Shown one piece after another: positions 1-13,670 of a stretch of DNA of 64,000 nt. Position 1 is the first letter of the stretch. Each line of letters begins with the position of its first letter. The notes below the pieces were generated by a model. It saw only the letters and a program-made list of their open reading frames with translations. It had not been told where the DNA came from and did no database searches. The position numbers were made by a program, and so were the translations under genes. Origin of the DNA: Eledone cirrhosa (taxonomy: Eukaryota); contig OZ024758.1 in the NCBI GenBank assembly GCA_964016885.1, positions 22,940,001 through 23,004,000 of the forward strand. Reading direction: 5' to 3'.

Positions 1-709
1 GGGGCACAAAAGAAGGGGACAAATACAAAGGGGGAAGTTTACATACAATAAAAACGTGTAAAATGTTATCACAGATGGAATTTAAAAGTTAGTCGATTTT
101 CCCCAATAGAGGGAGACAGTTTATATGGGTAACACATACCCCCGAAAAAAAATGTGCAACCCTCATCTCCAGGAGTACGAAGAGCTTGTACTCCTTTCCT
201 CTCCTCCTCCTTTTCCTCAACCTACAGGCTGATATAGAGAGAAGGCCCATTCACTCGGGCCATTCTCGCCACTTTCACCCACCTTTTATAAAACTTGCTG
301 GGGTACAGCACCTCTCTCTCCATCCTGATTCTTCTTCCAAAGTGGTATTTGAAAAAAAGAATCAGTTGTTGGCCGGAGAGAAAGGTGTCTGACCTCAGCC
401 CTTTCAACCTTGTCCACCATACAACCTCTTTCGCCATAGCTATCACACAAAGGAAAACCGCCTCTCCTTCGTTTTTGAAGGAGGGTGGCGGTTTGATCAT
501 GACAATGGACTCGGTGGTCAACTGGATTGGTCCCACCCGCGACAATAGTCGTTCTACATAGCCCCACAGGTCAGTGACGCCCGGGCAGTGTATGAATGCG
601 TGCGCGACGGTTTCTTCGTCTCGCACGCACCTCGGACAGATCTTTTTTGCAGGGTCCCTGTCCGGGTGCCCATGTCTGTAGAGCTTGTCTCGAACTGGTA
701 GAGCTCCTC

Positions 710-710
<1 letters not shown>
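1..710 (-). mobile_element. 5'-truncated Tx1/L1-like LINE, ORF2 C-terminus with zinc knuckle and 3' UTR
   Basis: Minus ORF 222-890 contains ALPVRDKLYRHG...CPRCVRDEETVAHAFIHCP...LW (CxxC...ETxxHxFxxC, zf-RVT-like). It is cut off by a (GATA)n tract at about 710. Confidence 0.8.
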
Positions 711-768
<58 letters not shown>

Positions 769-790
769 GTAGATATAGATGGATAGATAT
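710..790. repeat. (GATA)n microsatellite between two LINE copies
   Basis: Direct reading of the sequence. Confidence 0.95.
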
Positions 791-1212
791 ATTTCTTTAT
801 TTGCCACAAGGGCGCACAAGAAAAGGGGACAATACAAAGACATGCCGGGGATTTTACATACAGTCGTGTAAAAAATATAAAAACAAACAATTACAACAAT
901 CGAAATCCCCAATAGGGAGGAAGCGCCACAAATGGGTTGTTTAATACCCCGTCGATAGAACAACCCTCAACTTCAGGAGCATGTTGCGCAAGTGCTCCTT
1001 TCTTTCTTTTGCTCTCTTCCTCAACCTACAGGCTTATAAACAGAGAAGGCCCATCACTCGGGCCATTTTTGCCACATTCACCCACCTTTCAGTAAATTTA
1101 CTGTGGTACAGTGCCTCTCTCTCCACTCTGATTCTCCTTCTAAAGTGATACTTAAAGAAGGGAATCAATTGTTGTCCGGAGAGAAAGGCATCTGTCCTCA
1201 GTCCTCTCAACT
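790..1212 (-). mobile_element. Second, shorter 3' fragment of the same Tx1/L1-like LINE
   Basis: 1015-1210 aligns with 215-408 (tcaacctacaggct...gagaaggcccat...ccggagagaaagg). On the minus strand the 3' end has AATAAA followed by (TATC)n. Confidence 0.75.
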
Positions 1213-1228
1213 GCTAATATTACTACTT

Positions 1229-1860
1229 TCTATATATTACTAAAACTCTGCGATTGCTTGCTTGCTTGCTTGTCTGTAACGTAATACAGCCAAAAGGGCA
1301 CATAATCGGAAAATACTTTGAAGGGAAGTCGACTCTGAAATGGGGATACGAAATGGAATAAAACAAGTTTCGCGTAAATCGGAACACGGGTTCCCGAGAT
1401 ATGGGTTTTTCCGGGTACCTTCATAAATAGAGAGAGAGCGAGAGAGAGAGAGAGAGAGAGAGAGAGTAAAAGAGAGACGTAGAGAGAGGGGGAGGAGAAT
1501 GAGAAGGTGAATGGAAGAGAGAGAGAGAGAGAGAGAGCTGGTAGTGTTGTTGTGTATATATATATATGTGAGTGTGTATATATATATATGTGTGTGTGTG
1601 TCTATGACCAGTGTATATAGATCACAGACGCCCACATATATATACACACACACATACATGTATATATATATATGTATACACACATACACACATTTATATA
1701 TATACATACACACACGTATATATATGGGCCTTCCAGTTTCATTTCACATTATATACTTGTCTGTGTATATTTTAATTATTTAAAAATTACTTTTAAGTGA
1801 ACATGATTTTTAAAAAATATTTCGAAGGGAACGTGACCCAACGGGTCACGGGTCGTCTAG
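1229..1860 (+). mobile_element. Non-autonomous Helitron
   Basis: 5' TCTATATATTACTAAAA. 3' hairpin CGTGACCC-aac-GGGTCACG (1832-1850) followed by CTAG|T (1857-1861). Confidence 0.75.
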
Positions 1861-1871
1861 TGTATAATAAT

Positions 1872-2117
1872 AATTGTTTCTACTTTTGGCACAAGGCCAG
1901 CAATTACCCCAGTGCATTAGTGGTACTTTATTTTATCGATCACGTAAGGATGAAAAGCAAAGTTAACTTCGGCAGGATTTGAACTCAGATCATAAAGGGC
2001 CGTAACTCTATGCTGCAAAGCATGGCGTCCGACTCCCTAGCGATACTGCCAATCTTGGTTTCTGATTTAGGCACAAGGCCAGCAATTGTGGGGGAGGGGG
2101 AAAATCAATTAAATCGA
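1872..2117 (-). mobile_element. tRNA-derived SINE (dominant family) plus tail fragment
   Basis: Minus strand shows A box TGGCAGTATCG, B box GAGTTCAAATCC and body GCTTTTCATCCTTACG..TCGATAAAATAAAGTACC, ending in GGCCTTGTGCC...GAAACAATTATT. Confidence 0.85.
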
Positions 2118-2629
2118 GAGAGTACGTCAGCCTTTCTTGAGCTTTCTTCTAGTCTATGTTCTCCCCCTCTCTCTCTCTCTCTCTCATACACACACGCTCT
2201 CTCTCACTCTCTCACACACTCACCCTCCCCTCTATCTCTCTCTCAATTATCTATAACATTCAATATAACGAGTCTTTTTTTTTTCTTTAATTCTTTCTTT
2301 ATACTTGTACATGTCAGTAGCTAACCCTTCGTTCATGAAATATTACAAAAGTCCTTTTATAGAACTGTGTACTTCACAGATCTAGCGATGCTGTGTGTAG
2401 TTGTTGTGCACATGCGCACATGTCCAGGGAAAGAAGTTGCATGCTAGTTCCGGCCATGTTGTTCGATAGTAAGGTAATGTTTACTTTTGACTCAGCCTGT
2501 GCTGTGCTTTAAAACCGTGTACCGTATTGTTAATGTGATAAACTGTAGATTATTATCTTGCTTCCAAGTTATTCTATTTAATTCATAGTTTTTTTCGGTT
2601 GGTTTATTGTATAGAAAAGTTAAATAATT

Positions 2630-3740
2630 CAAGCATGACCTACTTGCATCCCCAACAAATAAGTTCTGTGACAGTAAATGAACTTCAACAGCTTAAGTCT
2701 TCACCGTTGTTTCTCCATGAGAAAGTTACAGTTAAGAAAAGAGGCCGTTCAACACCTGATATTCAAATATAACCAGGAATAAGCAACAAGAGGTATATTC
2801 GTAGCTTTAATTCTGAATGGTACTAACGAATTTTGAATCGAGCTTTTTCACCAGATTATGCCTCACGTTGAAGAAATTTACAACCAAATGCAATCTCGAG
2901 AAATTAGTGTTTAAAGTCAATGAATATATAACAAATTTCAAAACTGCTATTTTTAGAAATAAGAAACTCGAAGTACTGTGTGAACCCTTCAAAGACATTC
3001 ATGGCAGAAGCAAAGGAAGTGTTTGGCTACATATGTGTTGATATAATGGACAGATATTATTCCACTAAACACTTAGAAGCTGTTAAATTATTCGACAAGA
3101 AAAGCTTCACTAGTTTTAAGAATGAACTGCTTACAGAAGAGATAATACAGAACACTGAAGCATATCCCATGATTGACAAAGAAAAGCTTGAAACTATTGT
3201 TGATCCGATATGCATGAATATTGCAAATTAATTGAGCTGCTGAAATTTATCTCGGAAAATAATCTAGATTGTACTCTTAGTGAAATTACGAAACTGATAA
3301 AAATCTTCTTGACAATTGCCATGACTACATCAGAGCCAGAACACTGCTTTTCAACACTGAAAAGAAAAAAACATTGTTTTCTGAAGGAGCGCTATGAATC
3401 CTGAAAGACTAAAAACGCTTGCAGTGCTTTCAATTGAGAAAAATTTCCTCAACATTGATCCAGGAATCAAGGAGACAATTATTAACCTTTTCGCTCAAGG
3501 TAAACAAGAAGAATGGGTTACATTTTTACATGAATGGATCAAGCTTCAATGGATCAATTAATTAGTAAGTAAAAAATTATATTTTCGTTTCGGATTTTAT
3601 CAAGTTTATGTATAAATTTTCATTTTATATGTTTGTTTCGTTTTACACAATATTAAAACAATGGCTGAACATTTCTGAAGCCCCCCCCCCCCCCCACACA
3701 CACTACACCACATTAATATTAGCCACCAAGCCGCCAGCGA
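2630..3740 (+). pseudogene. Degenerate, internally deleted hAT transposase (ZMYM1-like) relic
   Basis: KRYIRSFNSEWY near 2790-2825. C-terminal dimerisation-like segment KLIKIFLTIAMTTSEPEHCFSTLKR...RLKTLAVLSIEK at 3290-3440. Frameshifted. End resembles a GCCGCCACTG TIR (gccgccagcg, about 3730-3739). Confidence 0.7.
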
Positions 3741-3918
3741 TTCCTATTCTACCTTCATATCATGAATTTAAAAGAAAACAAGTCAAGATTATATTGAGTG
3801 TGTAGAAGTGTATATCCATATATGGGCATTGTTGATAAATGAAGCAAAATATAAATTGATAAATAAAATGAAGGTCACTATTACTGATATGTGTGTGTAT
3901 GCACACACACGCGCACGC

Positions 3919-4368
<450 letters not shown>

Positions 4369-4657
4369 AAAACTCCCGGATAACTCTCTGTTGAGTGCTT
4401 TTAATCTATTGTAAAACTGTATTCATTGAGTAATCAATGAACCATATTAATCTTTGGTTATATATATATATATGTATGTATATATGTATATATATATATA
4501 TATATAAATGTATATATATGTATATATATGTATATATATGTATATATATGTATATATATGTATATGTAGAGTTTATATTTAATTTGTTGGGATACAACAA
4601 GCAAAATATTTTTATAACTGATATAAAGCACTCAACAAATATTGTATATTTACTCCA

Positions 4658-4995
4658 ATAATATTAATAAATGGAAACTATATTTATAAAACCATATTTA
4701 TTTCATTATACATATTTCAAGGGCCACCAAGGTAAACTATGGTGCGCTTTCATCAGATAAAATATAATATAGGTTAGTTTTATAAATAAATATTGACATA
4801 CCCTTAAAAAATGCAACCATTCTGGTTGGAATCTCCTGGAGATTTTTTAAGGGTATGTCAATATTTATTTATAAAACTAACCTATATTATATTTTATCTG
4901 ATGAAAGCGCACCATAGTTTACCTTGGTGGCCATTGAAATATGTATAATGAAATAAATATGGTTTTATAAATATAGTTTCCATTTATTAATATAT
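4658..4995. mobile_element. Fold-back element, hammerhead family A
   Basis: Near-perfect arms of about 150 bp (4660-4811 and 4842-4992), flanked by TA tracts. Confidence 0.8.
4890..4955 (+). ncRNA. Minimal type-I hammerhead, family A (minus twin at about 4699-4764)
   Basis: tattttat-CTGATGA-aagcgcacca..tggtggccatt-GAAA-tatgta-TA-atgaaata. Confidence 0.75.
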
Positions 4996-5279
4996 TGTAT
5001 ATATATGTATATATATATATATACATTAAAAACAACAGAAGGTTGGACTGGAAACTTTCTTTAAAATTTCAATTCAGCGAAAGCACTCATTAGTAAACAG
5101 CATAACATAAATGGTGTATATATATGTATATGTGTGCGTGTGCGCGCGCGTGTGTGTGTCTTTGTAGGATTATATATATATATATAGTTTAGTGATTGTT
5201 CACCAAAGTAAGCACTTGATGGATAGTCTCCAGTATGTACTTAGGGGTTGTTCTAAGTAGAGTGTAAAATAATAATAAT

Positions 5280-5320
<41 letters not shown>

Positions 5321-5474
5321 AGAATTAGTATATCTACCAACATATATATACAGATGTATACCTATGCTAGCAAATATATAGGTTTTGTCTTAGTAACTTT
5401 GTGGTTCAATGCAAGGGGATGCAGAACAATTATATGAAAGACGTAAAATAAGAAAATTATAAAAATTTACTTAC

Positions 5475-5565
5475 TTACTCCCTGATGACGAAAGGATATT
5501 TCTCTATGTTGTTCCAATCGGAAACCATGTTTATTCCCTTTCAGAAACTAATTAGTTGGAGTGAA
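5475..5565 (+). ncRNA. Hammerhead with long helix II, inside fold-back element 5315-5620
   Basis: ttactcc-CTGATGA-cgaaagg...cctttca-GAAA-ctaattag-TT-ggagtgaa. Helix III is the palindrome ACTAATTAGT. Confidence 0.6.
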
Positions 5566-5610
5566 ATTTTAGTAAGTAAGTAAATTTTTATAATTTTCTT
5601 ATTTTACGTC

Positions 5611-5648
<38 letters not shown>

Positions 5649-5650
<2 letters not shown>

Positions 5651-5832
5651 CGAAGGAAATGTGGTAAGGAACCAGGTGGACCATCACGCACCAAAGTACT
5701 CAATACTTGGGGTAGTAGAGTGGGTAATAGGAACAAGTAAGACCCCGACGGCTGAGCTCAAGCCGTTTCGACGGCTAATTCTGTATTAGCCGTCGAAACG
5801 GCTTGAGCTCAGCCGTCGGGGTCTTACTTGTT

Positions 5833-5835
<3 letters not shown>
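5649..5835. mobile_element. TA-nested fold-back element, family B (3' half-hammerhead)
   Basis: GAAA-cggct-tgagctc-agccg-TC-ggggtc on both arms. Related copies at 7548-7741, 14193-14388, 32500-32928, 43626-44225, 48058-48205 and 62147-62621. Confidence 0.75.
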
Positions 5836-5881
<46 letters not shown>

Positions 5882-6016
5882 AAGAAGAGACATGTATCAT
5901 AAGAATGGAGGAGAGAGAAAAAATGATGATACAATATACTAGACACTAATAGCCGAAGCAAAGCGTGCTCAATGCTGAGAGGTGCAGTGTTAAATATTAT
6001 AGAAAGGTTAATATTT

Positions 6017-6622
6017 AATTGTTTCTACGTTTGGCACAAGGCCAGCAATTACCCAGTGCATTACTGGTACTTTATTTTATCGACCCCCGTGAGGATGAAA
6101 GGCAAAGTTAACCTCGGCGGGATTTGAACTCAGAATGGCAAGGGCCGTAACTCTGTGCGCCAAAGCATGGCGTCCGACCCTCTACCGATACTGCCAATCC
6201 ACCAGTTAATATTGGTTTCTTATATAGGCACAAGGCCAGTGATTTGGGGGGAGGGGAAAGTCGATTAAATCGACCCCAGTGCGTGACTAGTACTTTATTT
6301 TATCGACCCCGTGAGGATGAAAGGCAAAGTTAACCTCGGCGGGATTTGAACTCAGAATGGCAAGGGACGTAACTCTATGCCTCAAAGCATGGCGTCCGAC
6401 CCTCTACCGATACTGCCAATCCACCAGTTAATATTTAATTGTTTCTACTTTAGGCACAAGGCCAGCAATTATCCAAGCGCATTACTGGTACTTTATTTTA
6501 TCTACCCCGTAAGGATGAAAGGCAAAGTTAACCTCGGCGGGAATTGAACTCAGATCATAAAGGGACGTAACTATGCTGGAAAGCATGGCGGCCGACCCTC
6601 TACCGATACTGCCAATCCACCA
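6017..6622 (-). mobile_element. Three head-to-tail tRNA-SINE copies
   Basis: Three units of about 190-210 bp with A/B boxes on the minus strand, joined by ccaccagttaatatt. Confidence 0.9.
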
Positions 6623-6954
6623 GTTAATATTTAATGAGAGTTAGACGCAGAAGGTAAACAGAGCAAGTTTGAGCAGAATAATTGGAGGTGAAGGCAATAC
6701 ATTTAAAAATATTTATTTCAGTAATGATAACTTTCGTTCGCCGCCATATAATTTGGACTAACTTCCTCCAACAATATCATTATAAACACAATTTCTTCTC
6801 TGAAGATTCTACGTAAATATTACTCTCAGCAATGAATATGCATCCGTACACACTTATATATGTATGAACTGTTATTTATTTATTGAGTAGATGAAAGGCT
6901 GTGTAAGGTGTACATTTGTTTTTGAATGTATTGCCTTCTTCTCCATTTATTCTA

Positions 6955-7006
<52 letters not shown>

Positions 7007-7348
7007 CGGAAAAGATGAAACGAAATTTCATTTCCCACTCTCTATATATATGTATGTATATATATATATATATATATATAAATGTGTATATATATATGTA
7101 TATATATATATATAAATGTGTATATGTGTATATATATATGTATATATATATATATAAATGTGTATATGTGTATATATATATGTATATATATATATATATA
7201 TGTGTATATATATATGTATATATATATATATGTGTATATATATATGTGTATATATATATGTATATATATATGTATATATATATGTATATATATGTATATA
7301 TATATATGTATATATATATATATGTATATATATATATGTATATATATA

Positions 7349-7411
<63 letters not shown>

Positions 7412-7547
7412 CAACTCATAATATTATAATATTTTATAATTGAATCAATTTGTTTAGAACTACAAGTGAAGTCATTCTTTTCCTTTTTTTAAAATATACC
7501 TAATTGTACCAAGGATCTCACACATTTTCTAATATATATATATATAT

Positions 7548-7738
7548 GAAAAGGTATGACCCCGACGGCAGAGCTCAAGCCGTTTTGAAGGCTATTTCTG
7601 GTCCAGAAATAGCCGTCGAAACGGCTTGAGCTCTGTCGTCGGGGTCATACTTATTCCTATTTCACACTACTCTACTACCCTAAGTATTGAGTACTCTGGT
7701 GCGTTGTGGTCCATCTGGTTCCTTACCACAATTCCTTT

Positions 7739-7741
<3 letters not shown>
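7548..7741. mobile_element. Family B fold-back element (variant subfamily)
   Basis: Homologous to 5649-5835 and flanked by TA tracts. Confidence 0.7.
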
Positions 7742-7797
<56 letters not shown>

Positions 7798-7906
7798 ACT
7801 TTCCCCCCGTTGATGGGCGTGAGCCCGAAATATTGGGATTAAATCTCTACTACGGTAACCCTTCTACCTTTGTTTTGTTTTCATCTTTGTCTCTCTCAAT
7901 TTTCAC

Positions 7907-7968
<62 letters not shown>

Positions 7969-8216
7969 TTTCCTTTACCCTTCTTACGGAAATACTTTAT
8001 ATATATATCACATTTTTTTATTTGTTTGACCCGAATTACTTGGTCGTTTCTATGGCTGTGCGGATAATGGTTTAACCATCGTCTCAGTGTGTTTGGCCCT
8101 TTAACGTATGTTGTAGCTCTGGTTCGTTAGAATTCATTGAGCGCTTGCCACACATCTCGGAAGTTGTTTTTCGCTAATTTCCAATAGCCGAAATACGATT
8201 CTCGCTAATTTATATT

Positions 8217-8316
<100 letters not shown>

Positions 8317-8331
8317 TAAAAGAGTTCCATG

Positions 8332-8402
8332 TATTTTATTATGCGCATTTCAAAAACAAACATCATCATGCAATAATATTTGTGTTTTCATCAAATAAAA
8401 TA
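8332..8402 (-). ncRNA. Hammerhead with one core mutation, inside fold-back element 8312-8607
   Basis: Minus strand: tattttat-tTGATGA-aaacacaaa..tttgttttt-GAAA-tgcgca-TA-ataaaata. Inverted half copy at 8462-8498. The tail recurs at 34312-34435. Confidence 0.65.
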
Positions 8403-8604
8403 GGAAGACATGATATGAAGGTTAAAAAACACTTGTGAATAGTACAGTTTTAAATCAACATGAAATGCGCATAATAAAATACATGGAACTCTTTTAACCA
8501 TCTTTTGATCTTATATATTATGTATACTCCAGTCCTACAAACTGTAGAGTGCTTCTTATCCGATATCTGCATTGCTTTATTGTACTACAATAAAACTCAC
8601 CTCC

Positions 8605-8662
<58 letters not shown>

Positions 8663-8687
8663 AGATTCAATAAACAGACCAGGATTT

Positions 8688-8748
8688 TTTCATTCTGAGG
8701 ATTGAGAGCAAAATTTGTTTGCTTTCAAAAAACCACTGGTAAATGGAA
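8688..8748 (+). ncRNA. Hammerhead with GAAA mutated to AAAA, between TA tracts
   Basis: ttcatt-CTGAGGA-ttgagagcaaa..tttgctttcaa-aAAA-ccactgg-TA-aatgga. Confidence 0.6.
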
Positions 8749-8773
8749 TAATTGCATTATGTTGTTTATTACA

Positions 8774-8816
<43 letters not shown>

Positions 8817-9089
8817 CGAAATGAAAAAAAGAAAAAGCAACTATGAGAAAAAGCAACTATAGTGAGAAAATATATACACTTTAGTTCAGCATAGATAGGT
8901 AATTGATACACAAGTTGTTTTAAGTAACCACTTGAATCACCTTACTTCAACATATTTAACATTCCACTTAGCTCTTGACACTGTATAATTATATAAGTAT
9001 GTCGCTTTAATATTTCTTTAAAATCACAAAAACCTTTCTCTAACTAAACGAAACGAATTTGTTCTTTCTCCATATTACACCAATTAAAA

Positions 9090-9895
9090 TAATTGTTTCA
9101 ACTTTTGGCACAAGGCCAGCAATTACCCCAGTATGTTACTGGTGCTTTATTTTATCGACCCCATAAAGATGACATCAGCGGGATTTGAACTCAGATCATA
9201 AAGGGACGTAACTCTATGCTGCAAAGCATGGCATCCGACTCTCTACCGATACTGCCAAATCCACCGCCATTAAAATAATTGTTTCTATTTTTGGCACAAA
9301 GCCAACAATTACACAGTACATTACTGGTACTTTATTTTATCGACCCCGTAAGGATGAAAGGCATAGTTCACCTCGGCGAGATTTGAACTCAGAACGTAAA
9401 GGGGCGTAACTCTATGCTGCAAAGCATGGCATCCGACTCTCTACCGATACTGCCAAATCCACCGCCATTAAAATAAAGATTTCCGATTTAGGCACAAGGC
9501 CAGCAATTTGGGAGCGGGTAAATGTGGACTCGGTTGGCTCTACGCACGACGCTGCTTTGGGATCGGTGGATTAGGATGACCCCAGCCTCGCTGAGCAAGA
9601 AGAAGAAAGAGGAAGAGGAAGTCCATTAAATCGACCCTAGTGCCTTACTGGTACTTTATTTTATCGACCCCGTAAGGATGAAAGGCAAAGTTAACCTCGG
9701 CGGGAATTGAACTCAGAACGTAAAGGGCCATAACGCATTGCTACAAAGCCTGTTGTCTCACGCTCTACCGATACCACCAACTCACTGCCCTTCATCGATG
9801 AAGATAATGGTTTCTGATTTAGGCACAAGGCCAACAATTTTGAAGGAAGGGAAAGTCGATTAAATTGACCCCAGTGCATTACTGGTACTTTATTT
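9090..9895 (-). mobile_element. Tandem cluster of about 4 tRNA-SINE copies or fragments
   Basis: Repeated ggcacaaggccagcaatt...gatttgaactcag units. Confidence 0.85.
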
Positions 9896-10224
9896 AATCA
9901 GGGAGAGTTGACAGGTCTGTATTTTACTCAGCAAAGTTAACCCTACTAAACATCTTTGAGTTCAATAAAAAAGGTTGCGGAGAAATGAGGCAAAATGGGG
10001 AGATTTTACATAATGAAAACAATACCCATTATCACAAGAGAAGACATCTCTGCCCTCCCCTCCCCACCCAAGTGGGTGAGAGATCTCCCCGTCGGACGGG
10101 GATAGTTGACAGGGCAGGTCCGTATTATAGTTGACAAGGCCTGCAATTTGGGGGAAGACGAAAGCCAACGACCTTGTACTTAACTGCTATTTTCATTCAT
10201 CCTTTATCGACCCCAGAAGTGCGG

Positions 10225-10452
10225 TAGATTGACAGAACCCGTAGAGCGTCGGACCAAATGCTTCGTGACATAGAGTGATGGCCCTTTACGTCCTGAGGTC
10301 AAATCCTACGTGGTTAGCTTTGCCTTTCATCCTTATAGAGTCGATAAAGTAAAGTACTAGTAAAGCACTACGGCTGATTTAATCGACCCCCCCCCCCTCA
10401 CACACACACAGCCCCCAAAAAAACTTGTTGACCTTGTACTTAAATTAGAAAC
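10225..10452 (+). mobile_element. Diverged tRNA-SINE
   Basis: gaggtcaaatcc...tttgcctttcatcc...gtcgataaagtaaagtac. Confidence 0.65.
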
Positions 10453-10602
10453 TCTTATCTACATCAATGACATCATATTGGTTTTAACCAATAATCGATC
10501 AGAAGGAAACAACAGTTAAAGATGTCTATAATTGCCTTACAACATTTTAAAATGTTATGTTATCATTTCCTTTTCACTGTTTACCACCAAAGACTAAATA
10601 AT

Positions 10603-10660
<58 letters not shown>

Positions 10661-10745
10661 GTGTGTGTGTGTGTAGGTATATATATATATGTGTGTGTGT
10701 GTGTATGTATATATATATATATATATGTGTGTGCGTGTGTGTATG

Positions 10746-10798
<53 letters not shown>

Positions 10799-10823
10799 CT
10801 GTGTGTGTGTGTATGTATATACG

Positions 10824-10866
<43 letters not shown>

Positions 10867-10904
10867 ATATATATATATGTGTGTGTGTGTGTATATGTAT
10901 ATAT

Positions 10905-11520
10905 CATGTCAGGTCACCGGTTGATGCTACTGGTAACATGTATCGCAGTACAACCTGTCTCATGGTCGGGTCGTTGGCGACTAAACTGGCAACCCCACCA
11001 AGGTTTCTTGGTGAGGAGGGTGACTTTGGACATCCTGCAGGACTAAAAACAAAACCTGTCAAAGGGCAAAGGAGCTTTTAAGAGTCAATAGCCATCCAAA
11101 ATCACCGGGAGAGATGACCCCTTAGCCTTTGTCAAGGCAGAATTCTAGGAGAAGGAAAACTCTGATATAACACCTGCAACCCTGATGGTATCCAATGATG
11201 TTGACTTGTTCTTCTTTTTGGTAAATATCATCTTGGTTAAGAGAGTTGGACTGGTTTTGTGCAGTGCCTTTGCTCACTATAAAAGCTTCACAGCACAGGC
11301 ATTGCTTTGTATCTGGAGATCTCTCTGCACTTATCATCACATGGTACCATGGGCCCAGCACTGTGTGTCAATAATTGTCACAAGTGTAGTGTTTGTACCA
11401 GAGTTTTCAAGTTGCTGGCTGGACTAAAAAGTCACACTCGTTCAGCGCATCGGTAGGGGTTCTCCTACATGGATATAAAGTAGTGGCCGTACTCGAAAAC
11501 GAGTTGGCAGCCACCATATG
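10905..11520 (+). mobile_element. About 620-bp non-autonomous RTE-related retroelement (family C)
   Basis: The 3' end encodes a C2H2-like [23 protein letters not shown] and is followed by an (ATGT)-type tail. Near-identical copies at 27150-27482(-), 40153-40650(-), 49065-49643(+) and 54146-54560(+); diverged copy at 18435-18930. Confidence 0.7.
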
Positions 11521-11560
11521 TATATATACATATATATGTGTGTGTGTGTATATATATACG

Positions 11561-11595
<35 letters not shown>

Positions 11596-11605
11596 ATATA
11601 TATAC

Positions 11606-11651
<46 letters not shown>

Positions 11652-11654
11652 ATG

Positions 11655-11695
<41 letters not shown>

Positions 11696-11696
11696 A

Positions 11697-12480
11697 ATCT
11701 TTTCTGGTTTAGGCACAAGGCCAACAATTTTGAGGGAAGGGAAAATCGATTAGATCGACCCCAGTACATTACTGGTACTTTATTTTATCGACCCCCGTAA
11801 GGATGAAAGGCAAAGCTAACATCGGTGGGATTTGAACTCAGAACGTAAAGGGCTGTAACTCTATGCAGTGGAGCATGGTGTCCGACGTCCTACCGATGCT
11901 GCCTGTAGGACTAATACACTTTGTACGTATATATGAATGTATTGATGTATGGATGGATGGAGGGATGTATGTATGTGAATAAGATTTAGGATTAATGGCT
12001 TTGCTTGTGGGTAAGAAGGGAAGAGGTATGCCTAGGAGTCTCCGTCAACTTACTAGTCCTCTCTGGAGCGAAGCCCATTTGCTACCAGGAGAGTAGACCG
12101 TATATAAAACAGATGAAACGCTAAACAGTGGCTAATTTCAAGTAAAAAAAAAAAAACAACAACAAAAAAACTGAGAAGGTTTGAGGTTTGGAGTTGATGT
12201 TGTACAGTATGAGGACATGTGACATATCACTATGGTTAGATAGTTGTTAAGCGGTCATATATAGATATAGTGACAATAATATTGGTTGAGTAAACACGAA
12301 GATTAGAGCTCACAACAATGTCGAGAGTGTTTGTAGCGTCAGTGTGTCCGCAGACGATATTAACTGGTGCAAACTGTTCAGTATTGCAGACGATTTAACT
12401 CGACACCAATAACAACCGCGCGGGAAAACTGTGAGAAGCAAGAAAACTGGTTACATATATATATATAGAGAGAGAGAGGT

Positions 12481-12513
<33 letters not shown>

Positions 12514-13190
12514 TTAGAAATAGCACGGAAAATATATTTAAGGGTCTGTTTTTCTTTTTTGATTCGTCAAAGTGACATTATTGGTTATCGGTAGAGGGTC
12601 GGACGCTATGCTTTGACGTATAGAGTTACGGCCCTTGCCAATCTGAGTTCAAATCCCGCCGAGGTTAACTTTGCCTTTCATCCTTACGGGGTCGATAAAA
12701 TAAAGTACCAGTAATGCTCTGGGTAATTTCTGGCCTTGTGCCAAACGTAGAAACAATTATTGGTTTCTTATATAGGCACAAGGCCAGTGATTTGGGGGGA
12801 GGGGAAAGTCTTATTAAGTCGACTCCAGTGCATGACTGGTACTTTATTTTATCGACCTCGTAAGGATGAAAGGCAAAGTTAACCTCGGCGGGATTTGAAA
12901 TCAGATCATAAAGGACCGTAACTCTTTGCTGCAAAGCATGGCGTCCGACTCTCTACCGATACTGCCAATCCACCACCCTTCAAAGTGCCATTATTGAAAA
13001 GATAGATTGGTGGATTGGCAGTATCGGTAGAGGGTCGGACGCCATGCTCTGCAGCATAGAGTTACGGCCCTTTCCAATCTGAGTTCAAATCCCGCCAAGG
13101 TTAACTTTGCCTTTCATCCTTACAGGGTCGATAAAATTAAGTACCAGTAATGCACTGGGATAATGCTGGCCTTGTGCCAAAAGTAGGAAT
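11697..13190. mobile_element. tRNA-SINE copies at 11697-11905(-), 12583-12757(+), 12761-12978(-) and 13007-13190(+)
   Basis: Same A/B box and body motifs as the other copies. Confidence 0.85.
12378..12428 (-). CDS. Candidate terminal micro-exon (FSRAVVIGVELNRLQY*), product unknown
   Basis: Acceptor cttgcttctcacag lies in unique sequence and the phase fits the 17625-17672 exon. No homology recognised. Confidence 0.2.
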   Translation of the reverse strand, partial: FSRAVVIGVELNRLQY

Positions 13191-13257
13191 TATTATTGAA
13201 AAGACAGCATTATTGAAAAAAATGAGAGGGACAATTCTTTTTAAAAAAAAAGTTTTA

Positions 13258-13670
13258 TAAATATATAAAGTATATAAAGTATATAAAGTATATAATGTAT
13301 ATAAAGTATATAATGTATATAAAGTATATAAAGTATATAAAGTATATAATGTATATAAAGTATATAAAGTATATAAAGTATATAATGTATATAAAGTATA
13401 TAATGTATATAAAGTATATAAAGTATATAAAGTATATAAAGTATATAATGTATATAATGTATATAAAGTATATAAAGTATATAATGTATATAAAGTATAT
13501 AAAGTATATAAAGTATATAATGTATATAAAGTATATAAAGTATATAAAGTATATAAAGTATATAAAGTATATAATGTATATAAAGTATATAAAGTATATA
13601 ATGTATATAAAGTATATAAAGTATATAATGTATATAAAGTATATAAAGTATATAATGTATATAAAGTATA
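13258..13670. repeat. 9-bp minisatellite GTATATAA(A/T)
   Basis: About 45 units read directly. Confidence 0.95.

Noticed and set aside
7800-7840. Hammerhead-like gggc-gtga-gccc-GAAA. Similar weak cases at about 5060-5100, 13675-13725, 14025-14070, 29095-29155, 32975-33025 and 62714-62757
   Set aside because: Two or more core mismatches or a poor helix I. They may be decayed copies but cannot be supported individually.
10905-11000. Possible HDV-like ribozyme at the 5' end of family C (gtcg-ttgg-cgac-taa-actgg)
   Set aside because: P4/J4-2/P2-like parts are suggestive, but P1, P1.1 and L3 could not be assembled by eye.
13007-13100. tRNA-like A and B boxes
   Set aside because: These are SINE heads followed by the SINE body, with no complete cloverleaf. 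The same applies to 32273.
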